DNA of 64,000 nucleotides from an uncultured Alphaproteobacteria bacterium (GTDB lineage Bacteria; Pseudomonadota; Alphaproteobacteria; RF32; CAG-239): NCBI GenBank assembly GCA_944391685.1, contig CALXUM010000011.1, positions 4,919 to 68,918 of the forward strand, read 5' to 3'. Shown piece by piece: positions 1 to 8,370 of this stretch (position 1 is its first letter; each line of letters starts with the position of its first letter). The notes under the pieces were generated by a model. It saw only the letters and a program-made list of their open reading frames with translations, ran no database searches and was not told where the DNA came from. The position numbers and the translations under genes were made by a program.

Positions 1-983
1 TAAACATGGTTTGGGTTTTGTTTGCATTGTTTAAGACTATGCATCAATTTCCACAGGTGCTCTTGCCATTCATATGCTGTTGGACGGTTACCACCCTTAA
101 CAAAAGCTCTTTCAAACATCTCCAGAGTATCTTTGTTAAAGTATTCATGCAAAGAATATGGATGAGGATATTGATATTTATCCGGCCATAATCCATAGGC
201 ATAATGATATCCTTCAATTCTGTTTTGAATTGTCAGCATTTCATCATCATTTTTTCGAGGAACTCCTGAAAAAGGATGTATTCCGTTATTAAGTAGTTTA
301 AAAATTATCACCGCCAAAGCAAATTTATCTTGTTCTTCTCCCATTTCTTCACAAGACTTGCTCATTCCTTCCGGATAGATATATTCTTCACTCACGAATT
401 CAGCCGGATAGCGATTGTTTTCGCCTTTTATTGAAAAACCGTCACAATCAACCATTGCTACCAACATATTGGCTTTATACACGGACACGTTTGAAGGTTT
501 TAAATCAACAATATAATGACCGCATTTATGTAAAGCCGTTACCATTGCCGCTAAATTATAAGCCGCAAATATTCGGTAGGCATATTTTTCGGAAAGGCCT
601 AATTTTTTACGGATTGCTTTTTGCATTAAATGATCAAGCGAAACCGCTTCATCCATATTAATCAACGGCATTAGATAACCGACACAAAATCCCTTATCAT
701 CTTCCAAGATAGCCTCTGGCCAAGCAATTTGTGTATATTGGATTCCGCCGCTTTCTACCGGAGCAAAATTAGGCTTATTTAGGAGCATTGCTTCAAGTTT
801 TTGGCGGTTTGTTTTGCTTTTGGCTGTATTATGAAAAATTTTAGCCACCATATCAGGACGTTTCTCAACGGCATAAATTTTACCGGAAGCCCCGCCCTTA
901 TTAATTAGTTCGCCCAAAATAATTTTTCCGAAAGAACCATCGGCATAAACGGCATTATAAGAAACATTTTCTACACTTTCCAT
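1..983 (-). CDS. Ser/Thr protein kinase-like protein, C-terminus cut by the left window edge (third gene of the vWA-PP2C-kinase triad)
   Basis: Not in the ORF track because it has no stop inside the window. Hand translation of the minus strand from ATG 983-981 stays open to position 1: MESVENVSYNAVYADGSFGKIILGELINKGGASGKIYAVEKRPDMVAKIF...LHKCGHYIVDLKPSNVSVYKANMLVAMVDCDGFS. It shows a Gly-rich loop, a VAxK lysine, a DLKPxN catalytic loop and a DxG motif. The ATG lies 1 nt after the PP2C stop (985-987). Confidence 0.7.
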   Translation of the reverse strand, partial: MESVENVSYNAVYADGSFGKIILGELINKGGASGKIYAVEKRPDMVAKIFHNTAKSKTNRQKLEAMLLNKPNFAPVESGGIQYTQIAWPEAILEDDKGFCVGYLMPLINMDEAVSLDHLMQKAIRKKLGLSEKYAYRIFAAYNLAAMVTALHKCGHYIVDLKPSNVSVYKANMLVAMVDCDGFSIKGENNRYPAEFVSEEYIYPEGMSKSCEEMGEEQDKFALAVIIFKLLNNGIHPFSGVPRKNDDEMLTIQNRIEGYHYAYGLWPDKYQYPHPYSLHEYFNKDTLEMFERAFVKGGNRPTAYEWQEHLWKLMHSLKQCKQNPNHV

Positions 984-984
984 C

Positions 985-1734
985 TCAATTAACCTTTACC
1001 CAAAGGAGGGTTTTGTCATCAGGGTTTATACGTTGAGCTTTCGGGGTGTTTAACGTGTTTATTAGAGCCCTCAAAGCTTTGGACTTAGTCTTTTCTTCAC
1101 TCAAAAACTTGTCAATTGGAACAATAAAACCCTTTTCAATTTCTCTGAAATCGTTAGCGAAAGAAAAACTTGTCAATCCATCACTCATCAAAAATATTGT
1201 TTGTGCACTTTCAAAAGGTGTAAAACGCAAGTTTTCTTGCCATGCTTGCTGAGTATAGAAAAAAGTTTCACAAGCAAAAGAGCCGTTTTCTGGTCTTGAA
1301 GCAATAAAATCTGCATAATTATCATTACAAAAAGCAATTGCCGCACCATCTCCGATATGGAAGAATAAACCTTCATTACCATGATGAACAAATCCGACTA
1401 TGGTTGCCGCAAAATCAGCGATTCCATGTTCGTTTTTTTGTTTGTTTAAGCGATGAAACATCAATTTTTCACGAGCACTTTTAAGAGCTCTGCAAACAAC
1501 TTCCTTTGCTTGAGTAAAATCAGCATTCTTTAGAATATCACAAATAGTCTCACAAGCAATTTTTGCGCCTATTCTGCCATATTTTGCCGATCCAGCACCA
1601 TCAGAAACCACAGCTACAAAATTTTTCCCTTTTGCATGCTTAAAAAAATCCTGACACGGCAAATTATTATGTTCATGCAGAGCACCTCTAACACTTGCCG
1701 CCACAATCTTTATATTTTTCTTTTTATTCTTCAT
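985..1734 (-). CDS. PP2C-family protein phosphatase
   Basis: ORF 985..1800. The likely start is the internal ATG at 1734 (MKNKKKNIKIVAASVRG...), which overlaps the vWA stop in ATGAAGAATAA. PP2C-like acidic metal-binding motifs are present: VAVVSDGAGSAKYG, HIGDGAA and FLMSDGLTSF. Confidence 0.65.
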   Translation of the reverse strand: MKNKKKNIKIVAASVRGALHEHNNLPCQDFFKHAKGKNFVAVVSDGAGSAKYGRIGAKIACETICDILKNADFTQAKEVVCRALKSAREKLMFHRLNKQKNEHGIADFAATIVGFVHHGNEGLFFHIGDGAAIAFCNDNYADFIASRPENGSFACETFFYTQQAWQENLRFTPFESAQTIFLMSDGLTSFSFANDFREIEKGFIVPIDKFLSEEKTKSKALRALINTLNTPKAQRINPDDKTLLWVKVN

Positions 1735-2407
1735 CCCATTCCCCGGTATCTTCCAGCAAATCATGGGCATTGGGTGCAGCTCTGGAAACACAGGAAACAC
1801 TGCGGCTTAGCCATAAGAAAAATTCGGTAAATTTTAATCCTGTAAGACGTTTTGGCGATATAGTTGAAAATTTTGCTAACTTATCCAAATTTGCACCCTG
1901 AGTTCCCACAGCATGAATAACCACTTTTTTATTTTGCTGAGCCTCACGACATTTCTTGGCAACAATTTCCCAATCATAGTCGGTAGGTTCACCATCGCTT
2001 ATCAAAAATATCCAAGGTCTTTTTGAGGTTATACCGCAACTGTCATATAAGCATTTTTGTTCTTCAATCTTCTGTAAAGCAAGTTCCATTGCCTTTCCCA
2101 AAGGGGTTAGCCCTCCGGCTTCCATTTCAGGAGCCGTAAAATTCATAGCATCAATCCAATCGGAGGATATAACCGCTTCGTCCTTACCAAAAGCTTTAAT
2201 AATCAACAATTGTACGCGAGAACTGGCATCAATATCGTCTTTCAGCTCTTTTTCTAAAGCCTTTAATCCCGCATTAAGTTGCTTTATTGGCTCTCCTCTC
2301 ATTGATCCCGAACAGTCTAAAACCAAAACGCAAGGTGTACGTTCATTGGCGTTGTCTGCAAATTCCACATAAGGAATCATTTCATTTTCAATATCTTTTT
2401 CAACCAT
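1724..2407 (-). CDS. von Willebrand factor A (vWA) domain protein, TerY-like
   Basis: It has an intact MIDAS motif DxSxS (VLVLDCSGSMRGEPI), and further motifs GGLTPLGKAM and FLISDGEPTD. It is the first gene of a three-gene overlapping operon. Confidence 0.8.
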   Translation of the reverse strand: MVEKDIENEMIPYVEFADNANERTPCVLVLDCSGSMRGEPIKQLNAGLKALEKELKDDIDASSRVQLLIIKAFGKDEAVISSDWIDAMNFTAPEMEAGGLTPLGKAMELALQKIEEQKCLYDSCGITSKRPWIFLISDGEPTDYDWEIVAKKCREAQQNKKVVIHAVGTQGANLDKLAKFSTISPKRLTGLKFTEFFLWLSRSVSCVSRAAPNAHDLLEDTGEWDEE

Positions 2408-2432
2408 AATCGATTACTCCGATTAATCAAAA

Positions 2433-2561
2433 TTAGTGTCTGGGATAAGTGTGAGGATATCCGCTGCCTGGAATTGGATCCGGGCGAGACATTTTTCCGC
2501 AGGCATTAAGACTAAACATAAACAAGCCCATCAGACAAAATAAAAGCAACTTTTTTTTCAT
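2433..2561 (-). CDS. small predicted lipoprotein (42 aa)
   Basis: Below the ORF-track size cut-off. Hand translation gives MKKKLLLFCLMGLFMFSLNACGKMSRPDPIPGSGYPHTYPRH. The lipobox is LNAC, and an AAGGA Shine-Dalgarno (SD) sequence lies about 8 nt upstream of the ATG. Confidence 0.4.
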   Translation of the reverse strand: MKKKLLLFCLMGLFMFSLNACGKMSRPDPIPGSGYPHTYPRH

Positions 2562-2651
2562 ATACCATTCCTTTACTTGTTATGTTTTATATTATAACTA
2601 TATACTTCAGTAAGGGTTAAGTAAAATTTAAGTTATACAGAAGAAAAAGCA

Positions 2652-3188
2652 ATGAAGAAGATTTTATTTATATTTTTTCTTTTAATTATAAGTTTACCAG
2701 CACAAGCCAAAAAAGGACTCAATCTTTTTGCTTATTCTCGTCCTGCACCTGAAACGCCTATCTACAATCAATATGGAAAGGCTGTAAAATTAAAAGATTT
2801 TAATGGAAATTTTTTGATCGTTGTTTTTTGGTCGCGTTATTGTGCTCCTTGCATCAGAGAACTTGATGAACTTAATTATTTTGTTAATCATACCAAAGAT
2901 AACGGAATAAAAGTTATCCTTGTTTCAAAAGACGATGAATGGCAAAACGATTCTGAACAAAAAGAACTCCTTACAAAATATGAAGCTCCTGATGTTGAAT
3001 ATTATACGGATAAAAAAGGCAAACTAACGGAAGATTTTGGTATATTTTCTTCTCCGCACACAGTTCTAATTAATGCCCAAAGCGAAGAAATTGGCCGCAT
3101 TAATGGTTCTGTCGACTGGGAGGATGATGATGTTATTGAAAAGATATACCAAATCAAGGCCGAGCAGAGCTTAAATATCGGCAAATAA
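2652..3188 (+). CDS. periplasmic thioredoxin-fold thiol:disulfide oxidoreductase (TlpA/ResA-like)
   Basis: It has a signal peptide (MKKILFIFFLLIISLPAQA) and a CxxC active site in the typical context FWSRYCAPCIREL. Confidence 0.75.
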   Translation: MKKILFIFFLLIISLPAQAKKGLNLFAYSRPAPETPIYNQYGKAVKLKDFNGNFLIVVFWSRYCAPCIRELDELNYFVNHTKDNGIKVILVSKDDEWQNDSEQKELLTKYEAPDVEYYTDKKGKLTEDFGIFSSPHTVLINAQSEEIGRINGSVDWEDDDVIEKIYQIKAEQSLNIGK

Positions 3189-4142
3189 AGGCAACCCTCT
3201 TTTCATGCGTGTCATTTGGGTTTCTATTGCTGTTCCCAAATTTAATCTTCCCGTTTTTATAATACCTCTTACTTGATCACCTTTGGTAGTGTCTGGGTTA
3301 GCAAATAAAAAAGAAACAGAGGCTCTTTTTACTTCGGTTCCAACCAAGGTTTGGTGTACAACCGAAAGCATTCCGCGAGAAAACAAATCATAGGCCAAAT
3401 CTTCGGTCATTCCTCCGGCCGCGGCATATTTAACCACCGAAGATATTGCGTCGGTAACATTGTTTGAGTGAATGGTTGATAACACTAAGTGTCCGGAAGT
3501 TGCCGCACGTAAAACCTCTGAGGCCGTATCTGGAGTGCGAATTTCTCCAACCATAATATAGCGAGGCTTGGATCTTAAAGCGGATTTTAAGGATTCGCCC
3601 CAACAACCATTAGCAGGTTGTGTTTGTTTGCATAATCCTAAACCGCCGTTGGCTGCTTGATAAACACCGTCCAGAGGTTGCTCTGTCGGGTCTTCAATGG
3701 TATAAGCAAATCCGCCTTCTTTATCCAAATATTCTTTTAACAGGCTTGATATGGCGGTGGTCTTTCCGGATCCGGTCGGTCCTGACCACAATATTAATCC
3801 AGAAGCTTTTCTTAATGCCAGCATATAAGTCATTAATTCTTTAGGAAAACCTAAAGAAGCAAATTCCGGAACTTTTTGTGGCATCTTACGTATACAATAT
3901 TGAGGGCCATAAATAGTCATACTGCGTTCCACACGATAAAAAATATCATTATACAAAACCGAATAACTTGGATTCTGCCCATCCCAAGAGCTTTCAACCA
4001 TATAAAAAAAAGCATCAAAATCTTCAGGAATAAATTCCATTAAAGCATTACTGGTCTTTTTATCTGGTATATAAGCTTTTTTATTTGGGGTAATATAAAT
4101 ATCAGAAAAATCAGTATTAGTAATTGTCGCGCTTTCTATCAT
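3171..4142 (-). CDS. PilT/DotB-like hexameric secretion ATPase (short form without the GspE N-terminal domains)
   Basis: Motifs seen: Walker A GPTGSGKTT, Asp box YTIEDPTE, Walker B YIMVGEIR and His box SGHLVLSTIH. At 323 aa it matches retraction-type ATPases. Confidence 0.8.
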   Translation of the reverse strand: MIESATITNTDFSDIYITPNKKAYIPDKKTSNALMEFIPEDFDAFFYMVESSWDGQNPSYSVLYNDIFYRVERSMTIYGPQYCIRKMPQKVPEFASLGFPKELMTYMLALRKASGLILWSGPTGSGKTTAISSLLKEYLDKEGGFAYTIEDPTEQPLDGVYQAANGGLGLCKQTQPANGCWGESLKSALRSKPRYIMVGEIRTPDTASEVLRAATSGHLVLSTIHSNNVTDAISSVVKYAAAGGMTEDLAYDLFSRGMLSVVHQTLVGTEVKRASVSFLFANPDTTKGDQVRGIIKTGRLNLGTAIETQMTRMKRGLPLFADI

Positions 4143-4216
4143 GGTTGTCCTCTTTGTACTTGCAAATATAATTTATATATAAATTCTATATCTTAATAAA
4201 ACAATAATAAAATAAA

Positions 4217-4242
4217 AGAGGGAGCATCAACATGCTCCCTCT
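4217..4242 (-). terminator. rho-independent terminator after the pilin gene
   Basis: An 11-bp stem (agagggagcat / atgctccctct) with a 4-nt loop. On the minus strand it is followed by tttattttatt. It lies 18 nt downstream of the pilin stop. Confidence 0.6.
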
Positions 4243-4259
4243 TCAAAAAAATCAACAAT

Positions 4260-4829
4260 CTAGTAATAAACCCATTTAATGTTAGCCGGACCTGTACCAC
4301 AATACCCTGATGCCGCACCAATATTTAATGGCAATCCGTCTGTAGCTCCATCAGCTCTGTCTGCATAATGAGTATTATCATTAACAGAAATTGAATACAA
4401 ACCAGAACCTGCTTGTGACCCCCAATCAGCTGTTGCAATAGATACACATGCTTCTTGAGTTAAACCGGCATATTCAATTTCAAAAGAACGATTGGTTCCT
4501 CCTTGGTTTCCTGCTTTAATAACAACATCACCTTGGAAAGCGTTAATAATACTACCGCTGCCGGCACCCCTCATTTCACCTGGAATAATTCCCATCGTGA
4601 TAGCTAAGCTATTATCTAACCCCGTATAATCTAAGCTACTGGCAAATAAAGAACGAATATTCATCACCAGCATAGATATTTGATCTAGAGTTTTATTAAT
4701 TCTGAATTTGGCCATCGCTTTAGAATAACCGGAAATACCACCAATAGACAAAACTCCGATAATAGCCAGTACGCCCAGCATTTCAACCATCGAACGACCA
4801 GCCTGCTCATTTTTATGTAAAGTAATCAT
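4260..4829 (-). CDS. pilS: type IV (IVb-like) prepilin, major pilin candidate
   Basis: The class III signal is MITLHKNEQAG|RSMVEMLGVLAIIGVLSIGG, with Gly at -1, Glu at +5 and a hydrophobic alpha1-N helix. The C-terminal Cys pair (QEAC...GYC) fits a D-region disulfide. The symbol follows IncI1 thin-pilus nomenclature. Confidence 0.8.
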   Translation of the reverse strand: MITLHKNEQAGRSMVEMLGVLAIIGVLSIGGISGYSKAMAKFRINKTLDQISMLVMNIRSLFASSLDYTGLDNSLAITMGIIPGEMRGAGSGSIINAFQGDVVIKAGNQGGTNRSFEIEYAGLTQEACVSIATADWGSQAGSGLYSISVNDNTHYADRADGATDGLPLNIGAASGYCGTGPANIKWVYY

Positions 4830-4960
4830 TGAAACTCTCCTAGTTTTATTTGCCTATAGTTTAACTATAACAAATTAACAAATAATGAACAATCTTATCC
4901 TTAGTCATATTTTTTTACAATTAAAAAATATATATTATAACTTTAGATAGAATAAATTTC

Positions 4961-5530
4961 TTATTCATAATGCCAAATTATTGTATTATTGCTATTTTTA
5001 CACAAAATTTTAGCGGTTTCATTTTTTATTGGTAAGGCATTATCAATTCCCCAGCTAAATAAAACTTCTTTGTTATCGTTTATAATGCTTACACCGCTAA
5101 TACCTAACCAAAAGTCTTGACTAAATCTATAACTTACAAACTCAATACATTGTCGTTTATTAAGATATTTATATACAATATCAAAACTTTTTGCCCCAGG
5201 CATTAAAACATCGGCATTTATTCCATTACCCACCAATACAAGAGTGTTATAATGACTTTTTAAAACACCGTCTTTATACATGCTCAATGGATACAATTGT
5301 TTATCAATAACCATCTGCGTGTTTAATCCCCAGTAATCAGGACGATTTTTGTAAAAGTTTCTAATATTTTGTGAAAATTGTTGTAATTCTTTTACTGCTG
5401 TTTCTGTTCCTATATCTTCTTTTTTGTTACATAAGGAAAATAAAATCATTAACAACAAAATAACACAAATATATAAAATTTTATTTTTTAATGATAAATT
5501 GTTCCATCTCTCTTTCCAAATAGTTTTCAT
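4961..5530 (-). CDS. pilin-fold paralogue without a prepilin leader (signal anchor or lipobox instead)
   Basis: ORF 4961..5617. The likely start is ATG 5530 (MKTIWKERW...), 1 nt after the stop of the upstream platform gene. The globular part aligns by eye to the neighbouring pilin: NIRNFYKNRPDYWGLNTQMVIDKQLYP versus NIRSLFASSLDYTGLDNSLAITMGIIP. Both have a Cys pair and a W-x-Y C-terminus. The N-terminus (ILYICVILLLMILFSLC) lacks the G/E+5 motif. Confidence 0.5.
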   Translation of the reverse strand: MKTIWKERWNNLSLKNKILYICVILLLMILFSLCNKKEDIGTETAVKELQQFSQNIRNFYKNRPDYWGLNTQMVIDKQLYPLSMYKDGVLKSHYNTLVLVGNGINADVLMPGAKSFDIVYKYLNKRQCIEFVSYRFSQDFWLGISGVSIINDNKEVLFSWGIDNALPIKNETAKILCKNSNNTIIWHYE

Positions 5531-5531
5531 C

Positions 5532-6659
5532 TTAGCCCATCCCCATTCCACTGGTAATCTGATCTTGCATTTCAAATGTTCCCATAACAGCCCAAGCAAT
5601 AACAGCACCGATTGCAAGTAATGCTACCATATTCAAAATTCCTGCTTTTTCCTCAATCATATAAACAGATTCTTCTAGCCATTCATTGGCCAAATTATCC
5701 AAAGCTTCTTCAAAATTATCTAATTCTGAATAAATTTTTAAATCACTTATAATTTCCTTATCCGGAAAATTTAATCCTGTTTTAGCTAAAGCCTGTCCTA
5801 GATTATCACCATTATTTATAAAAACCATAGTTTTATCAATACGTTCACGTAAATATTTACTGGCATCACGCCTTAGAGCTCGCATGGCTGTAGAAACAGG
5901 AGTCCCTCCTTTTACTAAAGCAGATAAAGCTAACAACCAGCTGATCCCAACAAACACCTTATAAAGAGACCACGGAGGTAAATTGTCAAAAGCAGCTCGT
6001 ATTTTTCCGGTCCAAATACCGATGGTAAAATAAATTATAAACATTACTATTGGTAAACTGGAAAAAGCAAATAACCAATTATCTTTTATCCAATCTGACA
6101 AGTCAACCAAATCTTTAGCCATGCCTCTCCAAATAACGTTAGGAGCAGCATCAATCATCGGTGGTACCATATATACTCCGATTGCATATATAATCAAAAT
6201 TGCCATCATCATCAAAAAAGAAGGATACGCAATAGCACCTATAATTGGTCGTATCATTTTAGTAGATCCTTCGGTAACTTTAATCAGGTTTAGTAAAGCT
6301 CCTTCCAAATCAGAAACATCACCAACCGATAACATTAATCTTTCTCTGCTTGGAGCCCAACCATGCAATGCGTCAGAGAAAGTCTTACCGTTATTTAATG
6401 CTCTCCCCCAAGAGGCAATGGCAATAGCTAAAGGTTCTCCCGGATTTTTTCCTCCGTTACTGGCACTGTCGTGCAACATGTCCAAAGCATCCATTAATGA
6501 AAAACGGTTTCTCATTAAGGATGCAATTTTACGATAAAGTTTTAACCGTGTTTTATTTGAAAACTGAATTATCAGTTTTGCATAATATTCTTCAATTTTA
6601 TTAAATTTTATCATTGCTTTTTGCAATGATTTTGAAGTATTATTCTTTGCATCTGCCAT
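5532..6659 (-). CDS. pilR: type IV pilus / T2SS inner-membrane platform protein (GspF/PilC family)
   Basis: At 375 aa it has hydrophobic segments separating two cytoplasmic domains. It lies directly downstream of the GspE-type ATPase. The symbol follows the IncI1 scheme. Confidence 0.7.
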   Translation of the reverse strand: MADAKNNTSKSLQKAMIKFNKIEEYYAKLIIQFSNKTRLKLYRKIASLMRNRFSLMDALDMLHDSASNGGKNPGEPLAIAIASWGRALNNGKTFSDALHGWAPSRERLMLSVGDVSDLEGALLNLIKVTEGSTKMIRPIIGAIAYPSFLMMMAILIIYAIGVYMVPPMIDAAPNVIWRGMAKDLVDLSDWIKDNWLFAFSSLPIVMFIIYFTIGIWTGKIRAAFDNLPPWSLYKVFVGISWLLALSALVKGGTPVSTAMRALRRDASKYLRERIDKTMVFINNGDNLGQALAKTGLNFPDKEIISDLKIYSELDNFEEALDNLANEWLEESVYMIEEKAGILNMVALLAIGAVIAWAVMGTFEMQDQITSGMGMG

Positions 6660-6671
6660 TTCCTAAAATCC

Positions 6672-8369
6672 CTAGTAAACAGGACGTTGATCTAATAAAC
6701 CACACCAACGTTCAACTTCGTCAAGATCTATTAACCCTTTAAGCATACGTTCCATAGCAGCTTCTTTAAGAGTTCTCCCATTTAAATCACTGGTCCAGTA
6801 ATCAATAGCTTTTCTTGTTTCGCCTTTTATCATCAACTCCAAAAACATAGCATCAGGTAAAATAATTTCCGGAACACTCATTCGCCCTTTAATTCCGGTA
6901 TTGTTACAATACTTACATCCCGGACCTCTAACATAAGTATTTTCAATCCCAAAATCTCCTAAAGCCGTTTTTAATCTTTGAACAGAAGGTTCATTGAGCT
7001 TTTCTTTAACGGATACTCGACAATGTGGACAAAGTTTTCTGAACAAACGCTGAGAAATAAGGCCTTTAATTAATTCCGGATCCAAAAGTTTAAATGTCTC
7101 GACCCCCATATCTCGAAAACGAGTAATAATTGCCGGCGCCGAATTAGCGTGCAAAGTCGTCCAAACGCCGTGTCCTGACAAAGCTCCCTTAAAAGTCAAT
7201 TGTGCTGCAGATAAAGAACGAATCTCTCCCACCATCATAACATCAGGGTCAGAACGTAAGGCTGCTGACAAAGCTTTTGTAAATTGTTCGTCTTTTTCTT
7301 CTTCAGTATTGGCATTGGTAACCGGCATTTGCCGAGCTCCTGGAATGGGATACTCCGGAGGATCTTCAACAGTAATTAGGTTAATTTCATAATTTTTTTC
7401 TTGCAAAAGTTTAATCATATTTCTTTGCAAAGTCGTGGATTTTCCTGATCCGGTTGGACCTGCAATAATATTTAATCCAATTGGTACAGCTCTTAACCTA
7501 TAAAAAAGATTTTCTTCATATTCACCAAAACCCAAACTGGCCAAATCTCCTGAACCATCTGGGTTATCATCGGCATATAACAAACGCATAACCAAATATT
7601 GAGAACCAAAGGCAATAGGGTTAAATTGCAAACGAATGGCCAACACATTGTGAGGCAACATCAATTTACCTTTAGAACCTCTTAAAGGAGTGGAACCCAG
7701 CTTTTGAGCCCCTTGGAATTCATTTTGAGCATAGTTTGAATCTGAAATATCGGCAGAAGCGAATGCTGCACGAACAAAAGATTCTCCCCAGTCTTTATTG
7801 TATTCCATTTCAGTTTGCATCATTCCGTTTATACGAAACATTATTTGAGTGCTATCTGCTACCACCACGTGCACATCGGAAACTTTTTGAGCTGCAGCTC
7901 TGGCAATCACATTAACAAAATCCTTTTGCATTTGTAATTGGTCAAGATCAGAATCAGCACTAACCTCAGCCGCTGCTTGTGCTCTTTCACCAATACTGTA
8001 AATCGCATTTATTTCATTTTGTGAAACATATGTCGGTTTTAATATGTTTAAACGTTTTTTTCTGGCTAAAACTTCAAAGCTTAAAACACGACCGTCAAAT
8101 TTATGTGTTTCAACAACTAAAAAACGTCCGTCAGAAAATAAAGCTAAAAGCCTTCTGGTATCATCATTTATAACTAAAGAAGATCCAGGTAAGGTAAGTA
8201 AACGGTTGCCGTTTGAAAAATATGTCTCTGTTATTGAAGACTTTTTTTTACTTTCTTCAGATTTCAATGCTGCATCTTTTTCAGAGAGGTATTCATTAAC
8301 ACTATCTTCGGCATCATTAGCAGATACCGATTGAATGTCTTCGTTATTAATGTCCTCATCTTCAGCCAT
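6672..8369 (-). CDS. pilQ: type IV pilus assembly ATPase (GspE/PilB family)
   Basis: Motifs seen: Walker A GPTGSGKST, Asp box ITVEDPPE, Walker B VMMVGEIR, His box GHGVWTTLH and a tetracysteine motif CPHC...CKYC. The symbol follows the IncI1 scheme. Confidence 0.85.
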   Translation of the reverse strand: MAEDEDINNEDIQSVSANDAEDSVNEYLSEKDAALKSEESKKKSSITETYFSNGNRLLTLPGSSLVINDDTRRLLALFSDGRFLVVETHKFDGRVLSFEVLARKKRLNILKPTYVSQNEINAIYSIGERAQAAAEVSADSDLDQLQMQKDFVNVIARAAAQKVSDVHVVVADSTQIMFRINGMMQTEMEYNKDWGESFVRAAFASADISDSNYAQNEFQGAQKLGSTPLRGSKGKLMLPHNVLAIRLQFNPIAFGSQYLVMRLLYADDNPDGSGDLASLGFGEYEENLFYRLRAVPIGLNIIAGPTGSGKSTTLQRNMIKLLQEKNYEINLITVEDPPEYPIPGARQMPVTNANTEEEKDEQFTKALSAALRSDPDVMMVGEIRSLSAAQLTFKGALSGHGVWTTLHANSAPAIITRFRDMGVETFKLLDPELIKGLISQRLFRKLCPHCRVSVKEKLNEPSVQRLKTALGDFGIENTYVRGPGCKYCNNTGIKGRMSVPEIILPDAMFLELMIKGETRKAIDYWTSDLNGRTLKEAAMERMLKGLIDLDEVERWCGLLDQRPVY

Positions 8370-8370
8370 A

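Noticed and set aside
6-661. Plus-strand ORFs 6..191 and 431..661 from the ORF track
   Set aside because: They lie antisense to a continuous minus-strand frame that carries clear protein-kinase motifs. They are low-complexity shadow ORFs of an AT-rich gene.
6121-6537. A 138-aa plus-strand ORF inside the platform-protein gene. Similar internal ORFs occur at 8044..8334, 10014..10298, 12945..13301, 14424..14729, 28889..29305, 35303..35575, 51736..52029, 53593..53862 and 56832..57140.
   Set aside because: All are fully nested antisense within long genes that have recognisable family motifs. None has an SD or an independent motif.
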